Below, piece after piece: positions 11,063-24,248 of a stretch of DNA of 64,000 nt. A program made the position numbers and the translations under genes. The notes under the pieces were generated by a model, which was not told the DNA's origin, did no database searches, and worked only from the letters and a program-made list of their open reading frames with translations. This DNA comes from Nemertoderma westbladi (taxonomy: Eukaryota; Animalia; Xenacoelomorpha), in contig JAUCBJ010008936.1 in the NCBI GenBank assembly GCA_032718475.1, positions 1-64,000 of the forward strand. The letters are read 5' to 3'. The first letter of the stretch is position 1; every line of letters starts with the position of its first letter.

Positions 11063-12149
11063 ATATATACTTTTTACTTGGAGAAAAACACTTCCTGTAC
11101 GAGCCCACACTTTATACAGTGTAATAACAGTTTTATTGTAATTATATGTTACACACAGTTATTAATTAGAGACAATCACAGAATGCAATTATTAACGAGT
11201 GGGAGACACTCGTCAGAAATAGTGTTTCCACCACGGCTATTTCTCTATCCCCGCTCTCTGGGGGGAAAGAGTCAACACTGGGGCCATAATGGAAAAACTA
11301 CTTTGTCTTATCAATTATCATCTCTGCCATTCCAAGTGGCGCGGGCGGTGGCATTCTGTGATTGGCTCGCTCCTTCCTACATTACAAACCCATCACCATT
11401 AACCAAATAATAACATCACTAGTACTAGTTGGGAGATTGCCAAGATGCCCTTACTTCGATTTCCTACTTATATTATTAATATTGAATCTAAAGTCGTTAT
11501 ATTGAATGGGGCGAGCCTTAAGGTCCTTTTCAACGTTTTGAGAGAGGATAAAATTACTTTGTTGTATATATCATAATTTCTTTCGTTACAAACTCCCCCC
11601 AAAGTTAAGCTTGCTAAACTTTCAACAACAAAAAAAACAAAGAAATGATTTTGTACCAAAACTATAAAACCACCTCATGTTAGGATCAATTAAATTTAGC
11701 AATGATTATATTAGATCATCATTACGATTATCTAAGGACATGCGTAGAACATAGTCAACCACAATTATGAACAAGAATGGTGCAAAGTTGTAACATATCA
11801 ATACGGAATAACGTGAACACTGAAATAGAAACTGAGAACTGATATATCGATATCTTGTACGCTCCAGGCAGCCAGGACGGTAGAAAGGTGCCGGGATCCG
11901 AGGCTGGATAGGTTTATCCGATATGAGTAATCTGGTCGTTCAGTCATTAGATAATTCAGTAGTTAATCGTAAAACATCCAACCGCCGGGCGTACGCAATA
12001 GACAAGAACTACCCAGTCTAAAGACAGGTTTGTTATAAATTTGATAATTATAATAAAAATAGAATACTACATTTTATTACAATAATCGTTTTACATAATA
12101 TGTTTGTTAGAGGATAAAACGTAACGTTATTTCGCCACTTAATTATAGA

Positions 12150-13420
12150 ACTGTGGGGCGAGCCACGCAGTCAGGGTGAGCCTTCTTAGTGCACAATTAC
12201 GAGCCTGCTCGACAGTGGGATAATTACTGAAAAAATCTCAGGTCATATAACACTGACGTACTGACTGACTCACTCACTGATAATAATCCAGGTTCAGGCA
12301 CTTCCTGCCTGGCGTTTCTTATGAAATTTTGCAAGAACATTGCTTTGGTGGTTCATAATCACGATACAAAATTTCAGATCGATTCTATGTCTGGTATTCG
12401 AAATATTTCGTTTTTTTGAAATTATGTTGTCGCGAAATTATATGTATTATATACATTCATATACATTCATTGACAGTTGTGGAAATGGAATACATAGAGA
12501 GTTGGCTTTGGGCGGGCCTGACCTATTAGAATACATCGAAGGCAGCCCTATTAATTAATTAATTAACTAGAAAAGCCAGCAAGCTGGCTATAAGAAGACC
12601 GTCCATAGACAAACGTAGTGTAGCTGGGTCCCTCCCCACTCATTATTATTATTAACCTATAAAAAATTTGAAGGACCCTGTGCTTATAATTCAATCAGCT
12701 GGCCTACCACCTAACACAGCAGTGAGAAACCTTATAGATATTCCCATAGGATTCACTGGGAAGATATATTCAGCTGACGGGGTATTACATTATAAACAGT
12801 TGATGTTTGATTACTGTCTGTGATAGTGTGAGTGAGTAAACAGAACCTTACTAAAACTTGGCAAGTAAAATACTTCTCTGTAGTTTGGGCGTATCCGCAC
12901 CAACTGGTGTTTCTATCATGTATTATACATTTAGAAGGAAACTAAATTTGTTATTTGGCTCTATTCATTGTTATTTATCTGGTTGTGCACCATGGCCATT
13001 TTTTTTTATAAATATTTGGTAATCGTATCTTATATCTTGTAAACGTGCTTGATAATGAAATTATTTGCTTCATATGATATTTTTGTTAGTGGTAGCTAAG
13101 TTTCATTTTTCATTATGTGGGGCGAGCCACAAAGACAGCTAGCCTCACGCCTTACAGTTTAGACAATTGTTTAGTTTACTTACTGCTGACTGACAAAGTT
13201 CATTGGTAATAGTCTTAGCTAGGATTCTTCCCCCGGGTTCCTTCCAGCCAGCTTGCTGGCTTTCTAATAATAATTAGTAAATAGGGCAAAATTTTATGTC
13301 CGTCTGTCTGTCTGTCCGTCTGTCTATCCGTCTGTAATGAAAAATTATTTCAAATTCATTCAATTCTATTCGTAAATAACTTTTGATGATTTTAACCATT
13401 TTCAACCAAAATTTGTATTA
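12150..13420. mobile_element. Cluster of non-autonomous HINE/DINE-1-like (Helentron-associated) or MITE fragments
   Basis: Inverted palindromic termini tagaaaagccagcaagctggct (12568) / agccagcttgctggctttcta (13246-13266), recurring tgtggggcgagccac (12152, 13116; a variant near 63714), and CTGA/GTCY microsatellites typical of this group. Confidence 0.5.
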
Positions 13421-14157
13421 GATTAGATTAGATTATTATTATTCTGAACTCAACAACATTAAATATTTATGGAGGCAGCTCAGGTGGGTTACCCCGGCAT
13501 AGCTGTTAATTGGGAGAATAAATGTCGGCGATAATTTCACCTACATACCCTACGGTACTATTCTTTCCTTACTGTATATGAAATTTTACGTACGTAACCT
13601 AAATTGGAACTTCCCTACACTAATCCACTGTATAATTGAAATCTATGTAATTAATCTGATATTTTCATTTAATTTTCTCACGTTCATATTTTGTATAAAA
13701 ATGGAGTTTTATTTTGGTGTCGAATATTTGGCGATGTTTAATTCCTGTGAGGCTCTTATCGAAATTGTTCCATAGACGAGTTTTAATTATTAATAGACTA
13801 CGTTACCCAGCATTGTTGTTTGTTTTAGTGATTTTTATTTTGTTAGTTCTTGGGTTGAGATGTGTTCTATTGTTTGAATAAAGGTAAACTTCGATTTTTA
13901 AAAGGTGTGACTTAAAAGGTCATTATAAATAGTAGTATAGTATGGGCATACTAGAGAAAAAGTTCCAATATTTTCTAAAGTTACGGCCTAAAGCCTCTCG
14001 AACGTTTGACTCCAGATCAAATCGAACTTGTTTCGAACTTGGTCAAGTTCGCGTGCTTAAGATAAATATATTTATCCATGATATATTAGATAATGAATTA
14101 GAATCATTCTTGCATATATCAATATTTTAGTTTCAACATTTTGTTTCATTTGAATAT

Positions 14158-14808
14158 TTATTGTCTCTGATAAAGCCCTCCACCTAAAACAACGGCAGCA
14201 ATAAGGGCCACAACCAAATCCCAGGTTGATTGGACATTGTTGGATCCGTCCGCCAATGAGGTTTCGATGTTATCCGCTGTGGTTGAGGTTTGGTTGTCGG
14301 TGACCCTTTCTTTCCAAACGATTGCGGGACACTGATCTTCGCCGCTGCAACATATCACTTGGCATGATTCATATGTTACTGCGACATCATTCTGCAGCCA
14401 GTTCACAATATTTAACAATCTCACATAATGATCATCCCTCTCACCATGATCACGAAGGACAACCTGCATGTAGTAAATACAACCATCCTCGACCAGTTGA
14501 ACACAATTGTGGTTTTTGCATTCATGACTATGAAACTCAATGGCGCCTTCTTCCTGGCCAAAGCCATCAACATAACCAGAAGCAATGTATGCTACCACAC
14601 CGCAAGCCGAACAACCTCCGTTCACAGTGGTTGTTTCGTTTTGAAACTGGGGGTTACTTTTTATAAACCTCGCTATCTTATCTTGATACGCCTTTTTTAT
14701 GCCGTCGCTTTCAGAGGAAATTTTCCATGTCACTCCAACAGGACATGTAAAGTTGGAAGCAGCCATTGTTGTGTGTAAAGCAAATAATAGCGTGGAGATA
14801 ACTTGCAT
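14158..14808 (-). CDS. Secreted, probably GPI-anchored cysteine-rich surface protein, Ly6/uPAR (three-finger)-like, 216 aa
   Basis: Signal peptide MQVISTLLFALHTTMAA, 10 Cys ending in CQVICCSGEDQC (LU-type CCxxxDxC), N-glycosylation sequons, S/T-rich stalk and hydrophobic C-terminal tail. Splice acceptor ttctacag at 14843-14850 just upstream of the ATG; single coding exon. Confidence 0.75.
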   Translation of the reverse strand: MQVISTLLFALHTTMAASNFTCPVGVTWKISSESDGIKKAYQDKIARFIKSNPQFQNETTTVNGGCSACGVVAYIASGYVDGFGQEEGAIEFHSHECKNHNCVQLVEDGCIYYMQVVLRDHGERDDHYVRLLNIVNWLQNDVAVTYESCQVICCSGEDQCPAIVWKERVTDNQTSTTADNIETSLADGSNNVQSTWDLVVALIAAVVLGGGLYQRQ

Positions 14809-15989
14809 GACGTTATAAATTGATACTGACACCGTTTGTAAACTGTAGAATATTAAATAGAGTTATTAAAAGTCTGTTAATATTTAAAAAGATAATCAAT
14901 TATTGATTGTATATAAAAAATCCGCTTTTTTCACTTAAGTTATAATTACCAGTCAACTGGTATGGTACAGCTATAAAGCAATATACTTAATTTGGTGTGC
15001 TCTACGAGTTCTACCGTTTGAATTTTAAATCAATAAATATATATATACAAGAATATGATTATCCATGGTCCAATATGATTATATTATAATAATATATCAT
15101 TAAAATGACTAATAAGGATATTCCCGATGATTGATGTTGAAAAATATATAACTACTCGGATATGCGGTTGTTAATCTAAATCTAAAAACAACACAACGTG
15201 GGAGGATCCTTTGTGAGGATTCTCCCACACCGGGCGCAAAGCATACAACATCAGTATATAGTAAGTGGAGCTTACTCGGAGTGATTTACAACTTCCTAGG
15301 AATTTTATTCTCTGAAAATTGTTTATTTAATTTTCGTTATTCTAAGAATTTTACATAATTTTGTTTTTTACATTTCGTAGCCCGACCTTCCCAAAATTTC
15401 TCCCAATTGGTAACTTCTAGCACTAAATGGTTAAATTTGAAGTGAAAGCAACTGAAATATTCCAATATTCTACAGGGAATTTGTACGTAAAAAAATTTCC
15501 TGTGGACAGATTTGATAAATTTTAGTCACATTTAAATTTTAACTAGTGCTACTACTGTAGCAGGTAGAACATCATCCCAATTCAATGCATGACTACATTT
15601 GAGCAATTATTGCAGTTCTACTACTACTAGTATCGGCATGCTGCACTGCAGCTGCATTTTTAAGAATGCTGTGCCGGCTTGTCGACAAAATTGCGCCGCC
15701 ACAGCTCCCTATCACCCATGACATTTGATAGAGTATCCGCATCTTCAAGGCCAGTGTCTTTTAAGATGCGTCTCAAGAAAGTCATGGGCTGTCCACCATG
15801 CTTATTCACTCCATGAGGCTGCTAAAGTACAATATTATGCAATGGCAGGTCCTCACGGCGAAAGCAATGTCCTGCAAAGCGGAGGCGATTTTGTTCTAGT
15901 GTCAAGCTTGGGGGAACCAATGAGACACCTCCAATGTTATAGAAGCAGCCATGAACTAGGAAAGTTCATGGCTGACCGTAAGATGCTGC

Positions 15990-18333
15990 TGCTACGCTGC
16001 TGGGTCCACTGGCACTGTGTATGGCTGACCATTTGATCTGAGGGCGCTATGCTGCTGGATCCACCGGCACTGTGTGTTACTGACCATTAGATCTGGGGGT
16101 GCTATGCTGCTGGGTCCACCGGCACTGTGTATGGCTGACCGTTAGATCTGGGGGTGCTATGCTGCTGGGTGCACCAGCACTGTGTATGACTGATCGTTAG
16201 ATCTGTGGGCGCTATGCTGCTGGGTCCACAGGCACTTTGTGTGGCTGACCGTTAGATCTGGGGGCGCTATGGTGCTGGGTGCGCCTGCACTGTGTATGGC
16301 TGACCGTTGGATCTGTGGGTGCTATGCGGCAGGGTCCACCGGCACTGTGTGTGGCTGACCCTTCGATCTGGGGGTGCTATGCTGCTGGGTCCGCCGGCAC
16401 TGTGTATGGCGGACCATTAGATCTGGGGCGCTATGCTGCTGGGTGCGCCTGCACTGTTTATGGCTGATCGTTGGATCTGTGGGCGCTATGCGGTGGGGTC
16501 CACCGGCACTGTGTGTGGCTGACCCTTAGATCTGGGGGTGCTATGTTGCTGGGTCCGCCGGTACTGTGTATGGCTGCCCGTTAGATCTGGGTGCGCTATG
16601 CTGCTGGGTCCACCGGCACTGTGTGTGGCTGACCATTAGATCTGGGGGTGCTATGCTGCTGGGTCCACCGGCACTGTGTATGGCTGACCGTTAGATCTGT
16701 GGGTGTTATGCTGCTGGGTCCGCCGGCACTGTGTGTGGCTGACCGCGGAGGGCGCTATGTTGCTGGGTCAGCTGGCACTGTGTATGGCTGATCGTTAGAT
16801 CTGTGGGCTCTATACTGCTGGGTCCGCCGGCACTGTGTATCATGGCTGACCATTAGGTCTATGGGCGCTATGCTGCTGGGTCCACCGGCACTGTGTATGG
16901 CTGACAGTTAGATCTGTGGGCGCTATGCTGCTGGGTCCGGCGGCACTGTGTATGGCTGACCATTAGGTCTGAGGGCGCTTTGCTGCTGGGTGCGCCATCA
17001 CTGTGTATGGCTGATAATTAGAATTGGGGGCGCTAGGCTGCTGGGTCCGCCAGCACTGTGTGTGGCTGACCCTTAGATCTGGGGGTGCTATGCTGCTGGG
17101 TCCGCCAGCACTGTTTATGGCTGATCGTTAGATCTGTGGGCGCTATGCTCCTGGGTCCGCCGGCACTGTGTGTGGCTGACACTTAGATCTGGGGGTGCTA
17201 TGCTGCTGGGTCTGCCGGCACTGTGTATGGCTGCCCATTAGATCTGGGTGCGCTATGCTGCTGGGTCCACCGGCCCGGCACTGTGTATGGCTGACCGTTA
17301 GATCTGTGGGCTTGATGCTGCTGGGTCCGCCAGCACTGTGTATCATGGCTGACCATTAGGTCTGTGGGCGCTATGCTGCTGGGTCCACCGGCACTGTGTA
17401 TGGCTGACAGTTAGATCTGTGGGCGCTATGCTGCTGGGTCCGCCGGCACTGTGTATGGCTGACCATTAGGTCTGAGGGCGCTATGCTGCTTCGTGCGCCG
17501 TCACTGTGTATGGCTGATAATTAGAATTGGGGGCGCTATGCTGCTGGGTCCACCGGCACTGTGTGTGGCTTACCATTAGATCTGGAGGTGCTATGCTGCT
17601 GGGTCCACCGGCACTGTGTATGGCTGACCGTTAGATCTGTGGGTGTTATGCTGCTGGGTCCGCCAGCACTGTGTATGGCTGATCGTTAGATCTGTGGTCG
17701 CTATGCTGATGGGTCCGCCGGCACTGTGTATGGCTGACCCTTAGATCTGGGGGCGCTAGGCTGCTGGGTTCACCCGCACTGTGTATGGCTGACCCTTAGA
17801 TCTGTGGGCGCTATACTGCTGGGTCCGCCGGCACTGTGTGTGGCTGATCGTTACATCTGTGGGTGCTATGCTGCTGGGTCCGCCGGCACTGTGTATGGCT
17901 GACCATTAGGTCTGAGGGCGCTATGCTGCTGGGTGCGCCGGCACTCTCTATGGCTGACCATTAGATCTGAGGGCGCTATGCTGCTGGGTGCGCCGGCACT
18001 GTGTGTGGCTGACCATTAGGTCTGAGGGCTCTATGCTGCTGGGTGCGCCTGCACTGTGTATGGCTGACCATTAGATCTGTGGGTGCTATGCTGCTGAGTC
18101 CACCAGCACTGTGTATGGCTGATCGTTACATCTGTGGGCGCTATGCTGCTGGGTGCGCCGGCACTGTGTATGGCTGACCATTAGATCTGTGGGTGCTATG
18201 CTGCTGAGTCCGCCAGCACTGTGTATGGCTGATCGTTACATCTGTGGGCGCTATGCTGCTGGGTGCGCCGGCACTGTGTATGGCTGACCATTACATCTGG
18301 GGGCGCTAGACTGCTGGGTCCGCCGGCACTGTG
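15990..18333. repeat. 55-bp minisatellite, roughly 42 copies
   Basis: Unit gctatgctgctgggtccgccggcactgtgtatggctgaccattagatctgtgggc repeated head to tail with point variants. Confidence 0.97.
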
Positions 18334-19009
18334 CTATAAGGGAAAATGTTACATTGATAATTTAATTTTATAATTATTAAATAATGATTGAATAATGCAT
18401 TTAATATGAAGAGGCCATATCAACAAGTGTTCTGCGCAAGAACACTGCGTAATTGACTGACTGACTGCTAACTTACAGTGTAATTATTCGGAAAATTTAA
18501 CCATGAAATTATACACATAAAAACAATTGTATAACAAAATAAAAAAGTTGTGATTCATCTAAATTAATTAATAAAGCGAGAGCGTTATATTTTTAACAAT
18601 GTTGGGTACTACATTACTACTTCATTAATAAGTTTGGTATCACACTGAGCAGCCATGATAAGAAACTCAAGCAGAGGTCGAGCACAATCGTCATGCAGCA
18701 CAATTATTATCCAGCTTTAGTTAACAAAGTGTTATTGATTACTTAAACTAGTATACATAAGGAACATTATGAAACACAGTAACACACCAGCAGGGGGTTA
18801 CTTACATTGGAACTATAGTTCACGGAATTCATTAAATGAGAGACTTGACTTGGTTTTTTGTGTCTATTCCGAGCACTATGTGCTGTAGGATGTGATAATT
18901 TGTAGGTCTACACCATGTTTTAGGTGTTTAATATAATAGTATACACAGTAGGTTTAGATACACTATGTACCTAAACCTTTTATAAAAAAAAGGCAGGTTA
19001 GGACGACTG

Positions 19010-19100
19010 TTGGTTGATCCCTTGGTTGTATGTTCGAGCCCCGCCTGGATCCACTCAGCCTTTCCTTAACTGGCTTCAATCAAATGAGAACCAGTTGAAT
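19010..19100 (+). mobile_element. tRNA-derived SINE fragment
   Basis: B-box-like gttcgagccc followed by ccactcagcctttcc...aaatgagaaccag, resembling a conserved central domain of metazoan SINEs. Confidence 0.45.
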
Positions 19101-19261
19101 TACTGAGATAGGAGTAGGGTGAGTGAGGGAGACTTGACTTTAGGGGAGACTTGATTTTTTTTAATAACTCAAAAACTATTATAAATTATTTAACAATACC
19201 ATACAAAAATGTGTAAAATACATGTAGGCTACACCCGTGCAACAATGTTTTATGACCTGTT

Positions 19262-20890
19262 GGTTATTTTTTGTTTTATTTTTTTTAATATTATTATTAA
19301 TTAAGCCAAAAGGATGGCACTTCTACAGTAGGAACGAGAAATTAGGCTAAAATTACATCAATAACACACACAACTATACAAATTATTATAAAATATATAC
19401 AAAATAAAATAAAATGCAGTTCTTCCATTTACATGGGATCATTTTGTATTTGCCCAGTTCACAAGGGGTGCATCATTCTTGTGACAATTTAAAATGTGGT
19501 ATCGGCTGGCTCTGGCGTCCCACAATCGGCAGACGCATTCATCTGCAGTCTCGTGAAACGCGGGGTTTTTACAAATTAGGTGATGAAACCCATGTATAGA
19601 CACCCGTGTGATGATGTGCCGGTTTTTATAGTTTGAGGTTCTCCATTTTGGGTTTGTAAATCCGGGAGAACGCCAGAATTCTGGAATTATTTTGTTGTTC
19701 TTCGAATTGACCCCAGTTTTGTATTTATTAAATTCGGGAGTTTTGGGGAGATTGAGTTTTTGTTGCAGATCCATACACAGGTTCTTGCTTCCACTCAGCG
19801 CCAGGACAAGCCTGTTCTGAGCAGATTTGTGTATTGACAGAACTCTTTTAAGGTACGATGACTTAATCTTGTCCAGGTTCTCAAAGTCCTTTGATTTCAG
19901 AAATTCCCATATAACAGTGAGCCAATAACTGATGATTGGTTCGATTTTGATTGTAAATAACTTGATTGCTGTGTTGAGAGATAAAAGGCTGGGTTGTTTG
20001 ATAGAATGGATCACTTTAAACGATTTGCATGTGGTGTTAATTATGTGTCGAGTGAATGAAAGGGTTGGTTGTAGTACTATTCCGAGATAAGTGTAATGAT
20101 TTACTATTTCAACTGGTTGACCATTGTAGAAAAACTTATCAGCCCCACATAGGCGCCCCCCTCTTCTGAATTTGATGATTTGCGATTTTCGCAGGTTTGC
20201 AGTAAGGCCGTTGATGGAAGCCCATCTATCTGCTGGTGGCATTGAGTGCAGCCTGTAAAGCGTCCTTGTTATCAGAGAAGAACAAAAGGTCATCAGCGAA
20301 TAAGAATACCACAATTGCTTCGTCTACTCTCGTAATAAACATTATTAAGTCCCATATGTATAATATAAAAAGAAACGGGCCTATCGCCCTGTTGGCATCC
20401 TTGAGTTTGCCTCACAGGATTAGATTTCCTCAAACCATCAGAAATATATATGAAATTTGGGCTTAGAATACATTTAATTAGACGCAATAATCTCCCATTT
20501 ACCTTGAACACGTGTTCCAATTTGTACAGTACTTTAGATCGTGGCACCGAATCGAAGGCTTTTTGGAAATCGATAAAGGCGGCATAAAGAGGTTTCCTTG
20601 GTTCTGATAGATTTCCTTTGATCCGAGTTAGTAGACGCTGCAACGGTTGAATGGTTGATCGACCTGGCATGAAACCAAACTGGTCTTTAGGAATCTTAGA
20701 ATGGAGGAACTCACGGAGCCGCTTCCCAACAAGCCTTGTAAGCACCTTGAAAGGGTTACACAGAAGGGCTATACCTCGATAGTTGTTCTCTTCATCTCTT
20801 GAACCTTTACCTTTATATAGGACCTTTAGGATGCTATGTTTCCATGTAGAAACCAATGACCCAGTTACCAAACAAATGTTAAATAGCATT
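19262..20890 (-). pseudogene. 5'-truncated, frameshifted non-LTR retrotransposon (RT plus C-terminal Cys/His motif, A-rich 3' end)
   Basis: NYRGIALL, QFGFMPGRST, AFIDFQKAFDSV, QGCQQG, YTYLGI, CVCRLW...YHILNC; A-rich tail on the minus strand at 19262-19290. Confidence 0.88.
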
Positions 20891-21299
20891 GTCCACAGAT
20901 AGAGTGTTAGAGATATTGATCCCTTTAATGTTTCGTAAGGGAGATTATCTAGTCCATCTGACTTCCCATTCTTCTTCTTTAAGAATGGGAATTTGTTTTA
21001 TTGTCAATAAACGTTTTCTGTGTTCAAAAGTAAATTTTTACCCTTTACAACTAATGAAAATTCGCATCCTTATTTTACTGTATGTTACAATAATTGTAAT
21101 TCACAACATGTGTTAACAACTAATTATTGCACTCTCCTGCCATATATTGTTTTCCAGTTTTGGTTCAGCCGTTTTGAAATTATATCAATTAATCGAAAAA
21201 AAAGCCCGTGTGGGGAGACATGACGCTTGAGTGTGAGGGAGACTTGAACCCGCCAATGCTGTCGTCTACCTAGAGTTACACCCATGTAGAAAGCCATTA

Positions 21300-21519
21300 C
21301 ACCACATGAAAACAAATAAGTTGGTGCCAGTTCCCAAGAAGGACAACCTAACACTCTATGGTTCTTTTCGGGGAATCTCATTGATCTCGATTGCTGCAAA
21401 AGCTATACACAATAGAATTCTATTAAATCGCATCAGGGATCCCATTGAGAGACTGCTCCGTGGAAATCAGAATGGGTTCCGTAAAGGTCGTGGGACCATG
21501 GAACCCATTTTGGCATTAA
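21300..21519 (+). pseudogene. RTE-like LINE RT fragment
   Basis: LVPVPKK, FRGISLISIAAK, NRILLNRI, QNGFRKGRGT; homology stops abruptly at ~21519. Confidence 0.75.
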
Positions 21520-24082
21520 TTTCGGACCCAGATTGCCACGTGGTTGACGAGCGGCTGGGAAAATCGGAGACTCTTGTTTAGAGAACAGATCCGATATTGC
21601 TCAGTCCGTTTCCAACCGCGCCTTTCTGGTTCTGGAATTTGTGGAGCAAATGACGTCACCACGGACACCACGGTATGATACAGAGGACGTACATGACTGC
21701 ATACAGGGGGTGATGACTGTACCATGTGATGAGGCTCTGTTCCAATGGCAAAATTACACGACACCGGACAGGGGGTTGGACCAGTACCACAATTACAGTT
21801 TGCCATTTGGGAATGACGCCTTTTACTGAACTTAAAACTGACAAAACACTGTGTAGGGACTTTAGTTAGGATACTTTGTGATTCCTCGCTGACTCACCGA
21901 ACTTTACACTAATAGATAGGAACCTGACAGCCAAGACGTTACTGACAGAGGTGATGGGGGATCTAAAAACATGGGTTAAACACAAACTGACACATTCAAC
22001 AGACAAATTAATTCAGGTCAAACTGACTGAACTCAATGTACCGAAGACAGATGGGGTGTTCCATTTTTTTTGTCATGCTTTATTCCTGTTCCATATATAA
22101 CACAATTAGTCATTGGTTTATTATTGGTCATTAGTCTATACAGTTTTCTGTTATAAACAAATTAGACTTAATAACATATTAGTATATTATTTACAACAGT
22201 TATTTTTTTGATTAAACAACGTAGTAAGTAGTTCAAGTAGTATAGCACATTTCATCGTGACATGAATAAACAACGGTTAACTTAATCTCACCATACGAGC
22301 TGTTAACAACCTGTGAACTATAAGTACAGGTACAGAAATCGTCATACATTAAAATGGTAAAAACACATTTTCATTTTTAAGTTATTCATATTCGTTCGTT
22401 TTATTATTATACTATTATTTTGGTTTAGAAAGACAGCTGCAAAGTGCAAATTAAGTGTTTTACAAAGTTCCCATCCACTTTGCTATATTATTTTTGTTGC
22501 CGTTATCCCTACACCAGGGGGAAAAACGCCGATGCTGGAGACGTGACTTAACAGACCACCGAGCCCCGGCCAGTCACCGGATATTGATTGTGGGGAGGGA
22601 ATATTTTCTGAGATGCAAGTTTGCGGTTGATAAAAAGCTGCATTAGTTGGATATACTCTTTAATGTAACTTCTTATAGTTGAAACCTGATTAAGAATAAT
22701 TTTGGGCTTCCCCAAATCAATATACACCAAATATTCACAATAATTATACACGATAATATAAATCCCTACGGTATATTATTTAATAACCCACTGTTCGCTC
22801 AGAATTTTAGCCTACCTAATGTTCCCCAGATTTTCCCTCGGTCCCAGTCTTAGTGCCGTAGTGTCGGTGTCGGTCGACCCTGTCGCGTGTCCGTTCCACC
22901 CCTCACGAACCCCGAAGGGAACGATCATCGAGAACCAGCACGGCTTGGCTAAGGGTCGGTCCAGTCGGTAGACTCTGTCGCGTATCCGTACCACCCCTCT
23001 CGAACCCCGAAGGGTTCGGTTATCGAGAACCAGTACGGCTTGGCTAGGAGTCTGTCGTGTCGGTGGACCCGTTCGCGTGTCCGTTCCACCCCTCACGAAC
23101 CCCGAAGGGTTCGATCATCGAGAACCAGAACGGCTTGGCTAGGGGTCCGTCGGTTCATCACAGAAACCCAACCACCTAGGCTTTCCGAGTCCGTTTCAGG
23201 CTCGTAGTCGCTTCGGCAGCCGAGAAACTGCTCCGAACAGTCGGTAGGCCAGTAGAGTCTAGTCGAGTCTAGTCCTTTGTCTTTCGACCCCATCGCGTGT
23301 CCGTTCCACCCCTCACGGACCCCGAAGGGTTCGATCATCGAGAACCAGTACGGCTTGGCTAAGGGGTCTGTCGTCGGTTCCCGTCGCAAATCCCAGTACA
23401 AGCAGTCAGCGTTCCGAGTTCTTTTCAGTCTCGTAGTAGCTGCCGTTGACCAGAGACCGCTAAGGGCAGTTCTCGTCAAACCCGTCCTGTGGCCAGCCCT
23501 TTCGCATGTCCGTCCCACCCCTCACGAACCCCGAAGGGATCGGTCATCGAGAACCAGTACGGCTTAGGTCAGGGGGCAGTCGTTAGTTGGCCACCCGTTC
23601 GCGTGTCCGCTCCACCCCTCACGAACCCCGGGGTTCGATCATCGAGAACCAGAACGGCTTGGCTACTAAGGGGCCGTCGGTGCCCGTCGCAAATCCCTGA
23701 CACAAGCAGTCAGCGGTCCGAGTTCTTTTCAGTCTCGTAATGGCTGCTGTTGGCCAGGGACCGCTAAGGGCAGTCCTTGTCCTTTAGGCCTGGCGCATTA
23801 CCAAATCCACCCCTACAGGCAGCAGGAAGTTGGCCAGGGCCTAATAGTACTCAGGCTAACCTGAATACTGCTTGCATTTTCCATCCCCCCTGGCCCTTAT
23901 AACTATGAAATTATTCCCGTACCCTGTAAGTTGCCCCAAAGTTCGCCCATAAATCGCCCCCAGTTTATTGAATGTGCCCAAAACCCATGGTCCCGCACCC
24001 AGTAGCAATATCGGAATAATCAATTTTAATAAAATACAAAAATATTCAACTCGCGTTATGGAAAGTTGAAATACCGCAAACA
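21520..24082 (-). repeat. Putative 3' LTR of element B (~2.5 kb), containing the structured repeat array
   Basis: Starts TGTT right after a G-run PPT; TATA-like gttataag at ~23896-23903 (-). The distal end is uncertain because there is no clean AACA terminus. Confidence 0.5.
22876..23785 (-). ncRNA. Array of six ~82-nt structured RNA units (A1-A6) interspersed with three copies of a second structured unit (B1-B3)
   Basis: A units at 22876-22957, 22971-23052, 23065-23148, 23286-23368, 23496-23577 and 23589-23675. On the minus strand A1-A5 have a c(UUCG)g tetraloop (lost in A6). Closing stems covary (gaccc/gggtc vs gactc/gagtc; ccgtac/gtacgg vs ccgttc/gaacgg). Confidence 0.65.
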
Positions 24083-24248
24083 GTCCCCCCCAATGACCTT
24101 CGTGAAGTCTGTCGGTCGATTGAGTTTGCGTAGGTCATTCCCAATATAAAAAACCCAAATTTAATATTGCATAGTTTTTTAATTAATTTGGCCTAGAGTT
24201 TGTATAAAAATAAATGTTCGATAAATGTTCCTGGAATATCCCAATCCA

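Noticed and set aside
11096-11415. Possible solo LTR (TG...CA with CCAAT-like and polyA-like signals)
   Set aside because: No target-site duplication and no second copy in the window.
22812-23740. Short ORFs over the structured array, one containing TRLKRTRNA
   Set aside because: Frames are not maintained between units; conservation follows base pairing rather than codons.
22876-23785. Calling the repeat/spacer array a CRISPR or TIGR-type guide array
   Set aside because: Eukaryotic retrotransposon context, ~82-nt units, irregular spacer lengths, long spacers related to each other, and no cas or Nop-domain gene. Reported instead as a structured RNA array.
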